Shown here one piece after another: positions 56,823 through 64,000 of a stretch of DNA of 64,000 nucleotides; the stretch's first letter is position 1; the number at the start of each line of letters is the position of its first letter. The stretch is from a virus (lineage: Duplodnaviria; Caudoviricetes). The stretch is taken from positions 1 through 64,000 of IMG/VR virus record IMGVR_UViG_3300037067_015585. One strand, given 5' to 3'. The notes below the pieces were generated by a model. It had not been told where the DNA came from. It did no database searches and worked only from the letters and a program-made list of their open reading frames with translations. A program made the translations under genes and the position numbers.

Positions 56823-57135
56823 CTAATGCAACCCAATAGATTTCGATCACGTCTGAATCTTCAAGAGCTTCAAATTTGTGCCATACAAGCGGCTGTATAT
56901 CAGTACACATACCACTTGTCAGCACGACTTCGTCTTGTAAATCGCCTCTAAAAATAGTTATCTTCATTCTCCCTCGAAGTATAAAAAATCGAGAGAATTT
57001 GCATGTATGACGATGTTCGGAACAATAACCACTACTAAGAGACAATAATCTATTGACCTCTATACTATTTAAACAAAATATGCTCTGAGTCGTACCCCAT
57101 GCTTTTCCATTAACTGGCCCAACTGGTATGTGCAT
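56770..57135 (-). CDS. cupin-domain protein (mannose-6-P isomerase C-terminal-like)
   Basis: GKAWG, CSEH.H..K...F.IL.G, WHKF.A..DS.VIEIYW. Confidence 0.75.
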   Translation of the reverse strand: MHIPVGPVNGKAWGTTQSIFCLNSIEVNRLLSLSSGYCSEHRHTCKFSRFFILRGRMKITIFRGDLQDEVVLTSGMCTDIQPLVWHKFEALEDSDVIEIYWVALDDNDIERRTTGGIINQL

Positions 57136-58754
57136 TATATTCGTGATTTTTCGTAGAAGAATTTGACGTTTCGACTACCTTCAACAATGATTTCGTTTAT
57201 CCCAACACCAGCACTTGTAGAATCGGCCAATGCATTTGTCTGTAATATGTTGTTCGCTGGACTAAACAGATCAACATAAGAGACGCCATCTACCTTTGAC
57301 ACTGTTTCAATGATGTCCGATACGTACAATGGCTGTCCCATTTCCCTATTATTTACATTGAAAAATGAATCTAAAGCCGCGTTCACGTTAGTGCGAACAA
57401 CTGATGAGTCAGCATTGCGACTCACAACAACAGTCATATCTGTTAAAATGGATTTAATCGTACCATCTAGCACACTAACAGTATCTGTTAAAACATTGTA
57501 TTCACTAATATAAGTCGCTATCGCCTGTTTTAATCCCAAACTTGGTGTTACTAACCCACTAGAACCATATGCCAATACATATAATTCCACAAGATTAGTG
57601 TTAATATCAGTACGTACTGTTGCAATCGCCTTTGCAGCAGATCCATATACTGGACTAGTGAAACTACTTGCAACTTGTGCGTAATCAGAAGCTGTAGTAA
57701 TACTAGCAGGTCTCGATGGAGCAAACGCCCTAACAGCAAAATCTCGCGGTGCTCGTTGCCTGGCTTGATCTAAAGTTTCTCTGTCCGTTCCGCCAGAGCT
57801 AGATGTTAAATTTCTAAACATCACTTGCACCGGCGCAGTCGAACTCTTCCCATATATTGGCGATATTGATCTTGATATATTTATAGCATAGCCACCAATT
57901 CTACCTCTGACGCCGCCACCGACACGATAATTAACTACAATCTTTTGACCAGCAAGCGGAGCTTTGCCATGTATATCGTTACCAAACAATAAGTTAATGT
58001 GATCAGAATAAAATGTAGCATTAACTACTTCTGAATTTGCAGTGTAAGTTTCTAATGGATCTGTTGTTACTGTCCAATATGTAGATGAATCACCAGAGAA
58101 AACTTCGACAGTGATCGGATTTTCAAGAATATTGTCTGCCTTAATTGAATATGTCTGATTTGCGCCACCGGGACTATATAACTTAGCCGGTCCGCCAAAT
58201 CTCCCCTCAATTCCATATCCTATAACACCACGTTTTCCGGCTGGAATTGTGATTGGGCTTGTGAAATCGCCTGGTGCACGAAATAGCTCATAATATAATG
58301 GTAATCCGTCTGGTCCAGATATAGAGAATCTTGTGCCCGCATCAACACTAATACTTATTGTTAATGCCGACTGTACTGAAACTTCTATATCAGTGACTGC
58401 TGGGGTTTGTGCTTTAATTGTCTGATTAATTAATGCCAAATGCTCTAGGAGCGCGGCTTCTGTTTGGCATGTTGGTAAGAACGCCTCATTAGCTAATAGA
58501 TCAGATCGAAGACTCAATTTAGCAACATTGCTAGCTTGAGTCTCTATTAGCATCATTATTCCGCTATGTGCAACCCAATCATTAAAATCATCAGGATAAT
58601 ATGTCCTGATATATTCTATCATCGCACGTCTTGACGTATCAAAATCTAATGCACTGAAGTCAATACGTCGCAACTTGGCCGGAGGCAGCATAACGCTAAA
58701 TTCGTCCGGTGACAATGGTAGATCAAAAAGAGTATTTTCTAGTGCATCGCTCAT
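57135..58754 (-). CDS. baseplate wedge protein (gp6/J-like)
   Basis: DF.ALDF, ANE.FL.T.Q, FG...HGK.P, YR.GGG..G, GG.D.ET....R..AP. Confidence 0.88.
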   Translation of the reverse strand: MSDALENTLFDLPLSPDEFSVMLPPAKLRRIDFSALDFDTSRRAMIEYIRTYYPDDFNDWVAHSGIMMLIETQASNVAKLSLRSDLLANEAFLPTCQTEAALLEHLALINQTIKAQTPAVTDIEVSVQSALTISISVDAGTRFSISGPDGLPLYYELFRAPGDFTSPITIPAGKRGVIGYGIEGRFGGPAKLYSPGGANQTYSIKADNILENPITVEVFSGDSSTYWTVTTDPLETYTANSEVVNATFYSDHINLLFGNDIHGKAPLAGQKIVVNYRVGGGVRGRIGGYAINISRSISPIYGKSSTAPVQVMFRNLTSSSGGTDRETLDQARQRAPRDFAVRAFAPSRPASITTASDYAQVASSFTSPVYGSAAKAIATVRTDINTNLVELYVLAYGSSGLVTPSLGLKQAIATYISEYNVLTDTVSVLDGTIKSILTDMTVVVSRNADSSVVRTNVNAALDSFFNVNNREMGQPLYVSDIIETVSKVDGVSYVDLFSPANNILQTNALADSTSAGVGINEIIVEGSRNVKFFYEKSRI

Positions 58755-59212
58755 GTCGAGGCTCCTGGTGCTGGTACTGATGTGTTTAATAGAAACGCTA
58801 CTGTCGGATCATAACTCATATTACCAGTTATTGAAATCTTGAGCAGCAACTCATCAGGTACCGTTACTAATTGAACACCAACATCAATCAGTCTTGGCTC
58901 GTTGTTTTTTATTGCTTGTAGTATATTAGCTTGTAAGTCTGATATAATTCTACTTGTCATAGGCTCGAATACTGTCGAGCGTATTTTCGTGCCAAATGTT
59001 GGCCTCTGTACACGTTCGCCTGGGATAGTTAGTAATAACTGTAATATATCATTTTTTACAAGGCGCATATCAGTCTGTCGTGGTAATATCCCAAGATAGC
59101 GGTTGGGTTCAGCGTCGTTTTGGTTTGTGTTGATAGCAGTTTGAATAGTCGAGAGAAACGGCGGATTAAACCCGAAATATATCGCTTTTGTTGTACTCAT
59201 ACTGCACCTCAT
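58751..59212 (-). CDS. baseplate wedge subunit, gp25/W-like
   Basis: LLT.PGERV.RP.FG......FEP, I...EPR. Confidence 0.88.
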   Translation of the reverse strand: MRCSMSTTKAIYFGFNPPFLSTIQTAINTNQNDAEPNRYLGILPRQTDMRLVKNDILQLLLTIPGERVQRPTFGTKIRSTVFEPMTSRIISDLQANILQAIKNNEPRLIDVGVQLVTVPDELLLKISITGNMSYDPTVAFLLNTSVPAPGAST

Positions 59213-59916
59213 CTCACCATCTGTGCTATAGCTATAATTTGGTTTTCCAAACTAGATGCACTACTAGCTTGTGTATTCGCTAGTACAATAAGAGAACTAG
59301 CCTGGGCTTGTAGCTCGACAAGCTTAGTTCGTAATGAGCCTAGTACTCCTTGAAGGGAGCTATCATATCGCACAAGATTAACCAATGCATCGATCGCTTT
59401 TTGTGTTTCGTTTTGATTTTTCTGGTTTTCTAGGATCGACGTTTCAGTATTAATTCTAGCTTGCCTCACAGCACTCAATGCTGCATTGAGTGCTGTGAAT
59501 TGTGTATCAGCAGAATTATTAATAGCAATTATGTCTGCGTCAGAAATACCGAGAGAAGATAAATCTAGTGTGTTAGTATTATGCTGAACTTCTAACGAAT
59601 TAGAGACAAGCATTGGTCGAAGAGTTGATGTTTTTGCTGCAGTGAACTCAAGTATTTGTCCGACCTCATATTGTTTCTTAGAAGAACCAATTAATGATGC
59701 GTTCGAAATAGTATTTGTGTAAAGCCGTTGTCCGCTAGGTTTGGTAGTATTTATCGTATATCGCTGTCTCCTCTCTATAGCCTCTGGTAATTGTACCTCT
59801 AACAATATACCATTGGGCGGAGATGTCATACTTATAGTGTACGTGACATTCCCGTTATCAGATGCAACTTGCGGGATTACTGGCAAATACGATGCTGTTG
59901 GGTATCTTATAATCAC
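59209..59916 (-). CDS. hypothetical virion protein (coiled coil)
   Basis: within the baseplate module. Confidence 0.55.
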   Translation of the reverse strand: MIIRYPTASYLPVIPQVASDNGNVTYTISMTSPPNGILLEVQLPEAIERRQRYTINTTKPSGQRLYTNTISNASLIGSSKKQYEVGQILEFTAAKTSTLRPMLVSNSLEVQHNTNTLDLSSLGISDADIIAINNSADTQFTALNAALSAVRQARINTETSILENQKNQNETQKAIDALVNLVRYDSSLQGVLGSLRTKLVELQAQASSLIVLANTQASSASSLENQIIAIAQMVR

Positions 59917-59954
59917 TTAATATATTTGGGCTAAAACTATAGTTATTGTTCCAA

Positions 59955-62180
59955 TTAAGTTTCGCTATCGTCGTCTTCGTCGTCTTCTGCGATATCTGTA
60001 TTAATTTCTAATTTCTTGTTATATCTCTCACCACGATTTGTAGGTTCTAACTGCGGTGTAGTAGATGGCGTAAGAACATCAGGTGGGCTTACTATACCAG
60101 CAATTATTTCTTTATTCACGATAATGGCACCAGAATTCACTTCAAGTGCACCACCTCCACCCATCAACACTACCCTATTATTACTACGTACAGTAACATC
60201 ATTAGCAGCAAATACTTTCACATTTTGTTGTGCTATAACTTCTACATCGCCGCTGCAAGCAATTTGAATTTTACCACTCTCATCATTTCTAATAACTATT
60301 TCTTTCTTTATCTCATCAAACCACCAGCAAATTTTTACAGAATTTGGATACTGTCTTGCACGGCATACTGTCAATTTTTCTTTGCCAGAAAACCACAACC
60401 CACGAGCATCTAAATCAACCAATTCAGTCCAAGGATCGTCACCCTTACTGCCATCTCTACATTCTAAACCCTGTTGAATTCCTTGTCGCGCTTGTGGATT
60501 AACTATGTCGCCCCACGGCATATCGTCTGAATTACCACCAGCGGTTTTTAATCTAATATATTCGTTATGAAAATCTAACTTCAGATGATGAGATTTTAAT
60601 TCTGTATCATCGGCGACTAATGGGTCTTCTAAAAATTCGTTATCTTTGATACCTTTCCATGGCATCGGATATGACGATTTATTACCGATCATAACATATT
60701 GTAATTTATCATTTATTTGTATAGTCGATCCTAATGGGCTACCCCATGTTGTTTGATTAACCTGATCCTTCTCATTGACTTCCCAATAAAACCCTTTGGG
60801 GCTCTCATCAACAGTTGCACCTTGAGCGCCAGGAGTCCGTCGTCCCTTTAATAATATTCCATATCCTCGTGGATTCTCTTTAGTATCAGCATCTTTAGTA
60901 TCAGTACCACGATCATCAATTACAAATTTATACCCATATCTGCTGACCCAACGTATCCATCTAGCATCACCAGTCCAATATTCATCTTCATTTTCTGTAT
61001 TTGCTCCAACTTCATCTAATAATAAGCGTTTCACAAAAGTATCTTCAATCGGATCAAATCCAATATCTGACATTTGGAATAGCATACCACCTTTTGTACG
61101 CAGTTTTATCCATCGTTCGTCTAATTCACTATCAGATATTGTGCGTTGATTGTCATATTCGCCTTCCCTTGTCCAATTCCAACCAACATCACGCATCTCG
61201 AATTTATGACCATATCTTGTTAGTGACATAAATCTACGTTGATCTACGTCAGTAGTAGCACCCTCATTTATTAATTGTTGAATATATTTCCAACGTGCTA
61301 TCTCCCATTGCTCGTCCTTTTCAACATCGCCATAAAATTCACCTGTAGCGCCGGTCGCACCATAAGCGCCACCAGAAGAATTAACAGGCCCGTCTGGACC
61401 AGTTTCATCACTATCTTCATCTTCTTCGTCTGGATTACGCTTTCGCCAGATATATCCTTGATCTCCCATTAACAATATATGGCCGTACTTACTTATCCTA
61501 GCCATATACTTGCCATCTGGATCATTCATCTTCGGTGGCAGCGTAGTTTGTTTATATGGCGTTTCCTTTCCACTATCGTCTTTATTAGCTTGTGCTTGTA
61601 ATGGATCATTGTCTGGGCTTGGCGGAGCAGCTTGGTGCTCCACAGGAAAGAAGCCAACAGCATTAGATATGTCTAAATTGCCATATCGATCCTGAAAACC
61701 AGTACTCATTGGGCGCGAATCATATGGCAAATAGTCAGGATCATAATCATCTGGTGGTTGTATTGGGTTGCCATCCTGATCTACTACATCGCCGTTCGCG
61801 TCTACTGGCAATGGTGTTACACCAGAGACAGAAGGATAAGGATAAAACTTTCTCCTAGTTGGAGTGCAAAAACCTGTCCATACCGGCCCATATGGATGTT
61901 GCTTCTCAAATGTAATCCAAACCCAATCTCCTATACATGGACTCGTCCAAGAACCAGCACGCCTACCGCCTAGCGAAAATTGCGATACGGCCCACGGACA
62001 CTCTTGGGGCGGTAAATCAAAATCATGCATTTCTGGGCATTTAAACCTTATCCTGTGCATACATAATGGATCATCAGTCTCAACAACAAGTGCCCTGTAC
62101 ATCCCAGGGAAGCGTTCATCAAGCGGACGCTCTCTAGCATTTAAAAACCGATCTAATCCGATTGTTGAATTATCACTCAT
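59955..62180 (-). CDS. baseplate hub/spike protein, gp5/VgrG OB-fold-like
   Basis: G.YRA.VV...DP....RIR...P, PWA, P.IGDWVW..FE...P..PVW.G; C-terminal beta-repeat region. Confidence 0.8.
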   Translation of the reverse strand: MSDNSTIGLDRFLNARERPLDERFPGMYRALVVETDDPLCMHRIRFKCPEMHDFDLPPQECPWAVSQFSLGGRRAGSWTSPCIGDWVWITFEKQHPYGPVWTGFCTPTRRKFYPYPSVSGVTPLPVDANGDVVDQDGNPIQPPDDYDPDYLPYDSRPMSTGFQDRYGNLDISNAVGFFPVEHQAAPPSPDNDPLQAQANKDDSGKETPYKQTTLPPKMNDPDGKYMARISKYGHILLMGDQGYIWRKRNPDEEDEDSDETGPDGPVNSSGGAYGATGATGEFYGDVEKDEQWEIARWKYIQQLINEGATTDVDQRRFMSLTRYGHKFEMRDVGWNWTREGEYDNQRTISDSELDERWIKLRTKGGMLFQMSDIGFDPIEDTFVKRLLLDEVGANTENEDEYWTGDARWIRWVSRYGYKFVIDDRGTDTKDADTKENPRGYGILLKGRRTPGAQGATVDESPKGFYWEVNEKDQVNQTTWGSPLGSTIQINDKLQYVMIGNKSSYPMPWKGIKDNEFLEDPLVADDTELKSHHLKLDFHNEYIRLKTAGGNSDDMPWGDIVNPQARQGIQQGLECRDGSKGDDPWTELVDLDARGLWFSGKEKLTVCRARQYPNSVKICWWFDEIKKEIVIRNDESGKIQIACSGDVEVIAQQNVKVFAANDVTVRSNNRVVLMGGGGALEVNSGAIIVNKEIIAGIVSPPDVLTPSTTPQLEPTNRGERYNKKLEINTDIAEDDEDDDSET

Positions 62181-62470
62181 AACAACTCACTTGTAATTAT
62201 CGATCTAATTGGTACTTTAATAGTACTTCCTGCACTAGGCCAGTTCAGCGCATCTGCAGCATTATTTACAGCTATCAACACCCAATCAAGTGATGAGTCA
62301 CCGTATAATTCATTTGCAATCAAATCTGGTCTACCTGCATATTGGGCACCTACAGAAATCACAGTTAAATTCTTATATATATTGTTTGTGATTGGGCTAG
62401 CCCATCTACCATATGTTTCGTTATTATCAAATAGTACAGAATCAGTCCGTGAAAATCTTGAGTATGCCAT
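62177..62470 (-). CDS. baseplate LysM-like protein (gp53/X-like)
   Basis: RPDLIA..LYG...L.WV....N....W...G..I.VP. Confidence 0.8.
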   Translation of the reverse strand: MAYSRFSRTDSVLFDNNETYGRWASPITNNIYKNLTVISVGAQYAGRPDLIANELYGDSSLDWVLIAVNNAADALNWPSAGSTIKVPIRSIITSELL

Positions 62471-62472
62471 AA

Positions 62473-63027
62473 TTATTGCCAGTCTGCGGGAACAAAATCT
62501 GCCAAGGCTGGGACGTCCATTTTGAGTTTGCCTGCCCCAGCGCTGTCTCCACCTTTAGTCCATAATTGCATCGACACTTTTACGTTGGTAATAACAGGAT
62601 ATGCCACTGCGCCTCCTGCATATATTGCTTTACCATGCGAAATATCGACATTTGTTAGACGACACGTCATCTCCCCTGAACCACCAAGACCCCAAATGCT
62701 AAAAAACACAATAAGACTGCTGGCTTGGTTACCATTGTATGTCCAATAATCACGCAGACCAACAACTTGACTCCTAACCTTCTCTACGTCCCATTCTTTT
62801 CCTGCGCCTACGACGTATGTCCATTCTAATACCCACTTTCTTGCACCTGATGTCTTCCATACAGCTATAGGTTGATCACCAGGTACTTCAGTTTCAATCC
62901 AGCTACCAGTTCTACTATCATTCAGAATTTTCGGTGGAAATTGAAAATTAACAGTAAAACCTCCACCAGTTCTGAATTTGGCTGATGAAGCTAGATCGCT
63001 ATCAAGTGCTGTTAAATTATCTGACAT
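62473..63027 (-). CDS. tail tube-initiator/baseplate protein (CIS tube-like)
   Basis: FQFPP.I..SR...W......P; lies between the tape measure and gp53-like genes. Confidence 0.6.
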   Translation of the reverse strand: MSDNLTALDSDLASSAKFRTGGGFTVNFQFPPKILNDSRTGSWIETEVPGDQPIAVWKTSGARKWVLEWTYVVGAGKEWDVEKVRSQVVGLRDYWTYNGNQASSLIVFFSIWGLGGSGEMTCRLTNVDISHGKAIYAGGAVAYPVITNVKVSMQLWTKGGDSAGAGKLKMDVPALADFVPADWQ

Positions 63028-63028
63028 A

Positions 63029-64000
63029 TTACGCCCAATTGTTTAATCTTGTGCTAAGTTTCGATGGCGACTCACCCATTTTTGGTAGGTATGTTTGTAG
63101 TAATGTTTTGATTACATCAACATTACTAGTACTACTATCACTGTTAATCTTTTCAACAGTGTCAGCGATCTCTTTCATTAATTCTGCGTTATAAGCGAGC
63201 AATGCCTCTAAATTACTCGCTGATGAACCAGACTTTTCTGTTTTAACTTGTATGGTAGAAATGGTTTCTGCCATAACTTTCTTTTTGTCTGGTTCCTCGA
63301 TGCCAGTAGAAACACCAAGTTTGCTAGATAATAATTCAAGTGCTGCGAATGACGTTTGTAATGTATCGACCTGATTCTTTATTTTGTTTTGCCCAGATTC
63401 AATAGCGGCAGCTACTCTGTTAGTTACATCATTGATAGTCGGAATTACATCTAATAATCCAATAAAAGCAGTTGTCATGTAATCTCGCAGTTGCGACATT
63501 ACAGACACAATTCCAGAAAATCCAGATGTAATACTAGATATTGCCCTATTTGATGTTAATTCCAATGCTCCGAACGCATCGATTAATGAGCTTGTGAACG
63601 ATATTAAAGATGACCCGATAGTTGATATGCTATTAATGTTGAACCTTGATATAGAATCTAATACACGTCCAAACAGCGTCAGCGACTGCCCTGCTATACT
63701 TGTTTTTGCTGGATCGATTTTATTTATTCCAGAAGATAATCCAATCATTTCAATGGAAAGCCTGTTGCCATAACCAGTGATTGCCGCAAGACCAGATATT
63801 TCACTTGTAGCATGACTAAATCTTGCTAATGATTGCCCAACAACATCCATCTTGTTTTGATCTATTTCGCTGACACCGGAAGACAATCCACGCATAGCCT
63901 TGGGAAAATCGACACCCCATCCCATCGACTCCATAAACGATTTTGTGCCAGGACCCAATGTAAGCAAAGCATTACTAAATTTTTGTAATCTACCATCGCT
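63029..64000 (-). CDS. probable tape measure protein, C-terminal part (truncated by window edge)
   Basis: frame open to the window end; Ser/Ala/Ile-rich helical; upstream of baseplate genes. Confidence 0.6.
   Translation of the reverse strand, partial: SDGRLQKFSNALLTLGPGTKSFMESMGWGVDFPKAMRGLSSGVSEIDQNKMDVVGQSLARFSHATSEISGLAAITGYGNRLSIEMIGLSSGINKIDPAKTSIAGQSLTLFGRVLDSISRFNINSISTIGSSLISFTSSLIDAFGALELTSNRAISSITSGFSGIVSVMSQLRDYMTTAFIGLLDVIPTINDVTNRVAAAIESGQNKIKNQVDTLQTSFAALELLSSKLGVSTGIEEPDKKKVMAETISTIQVKTEKSGSSASNLEALLAYNAELMKEIADTVEKINSDSSTSNVDVIKTLLQTYLPKMGESPSKLSTRLNNWA

Noticed and set aside
1-64000. tRNA/rRNA genes and stop-codon reassignment
   Set aside because: Intergenic gaps are short and no cloverleaf or T-loop motif was seen by eye. 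Core genes are intact under code 11.

Overview
This window is a 64-kb segment of a large, T4-like (myovirus-type) phage genome. Most genes lie on the minus strand and standard code 11 gives intact ORFs. The host is probably a planctomycete or other PVC bacterium (inference from a prepilin-type TPM protein and a papain-like peptidase/membrane-protein cluster). The right half (32.5-64 kb) is core phage: gp23-like major capsid, scaffold, a large acidic prohead-core-like protein, gp20-like portal, S8 subtilase, large and probable small terminase, gp55-like late sigma factor, UvsW-like helicase, class II RNR, baseplate genes and the 3' end of a probable tape measure. It also carries gmd/fcl GDP-fucose genes. 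The left half (0-32 kb) is accessory. Its standout feature is a ~17-kb locus (8.5-25.3 kb, plus an outlier at 28.6 kb) of 10 ORFs built from about 51 copies (manual count) of a ~58-70 aa repeat, KKxKLLExAxxGxxRPxxxSxxxxERxLGxALxxYTxxxxxxYDxxFDxxIRxLRPDWF. Two of these ORFs are SF2 helicase-repeat-putative methyltransferase fusions and one is a repeat-MTase-like-wHTH-like fusion. Five share an N-terminal (S/T)EYLP(V/I) leader. A radical-SAM gene is translationally coupled inside the locus and ParB-like genes flank it. Exact DNA duplications of repeat parts show recent shuffling. I propose it as a candidate modular, diversifying nucleic-acid-recognition/modification system. Other notable items are a stand-alone copy of the capsid insertion domain, an endonuclease-Mom-like fusion, a GG-ending small protein with a Cys-containing partner, a perfect 28-bp palindrome on a consensus promoter, and three promoter-like motif classes. 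All annotations come from motif reading; no database searches were run.
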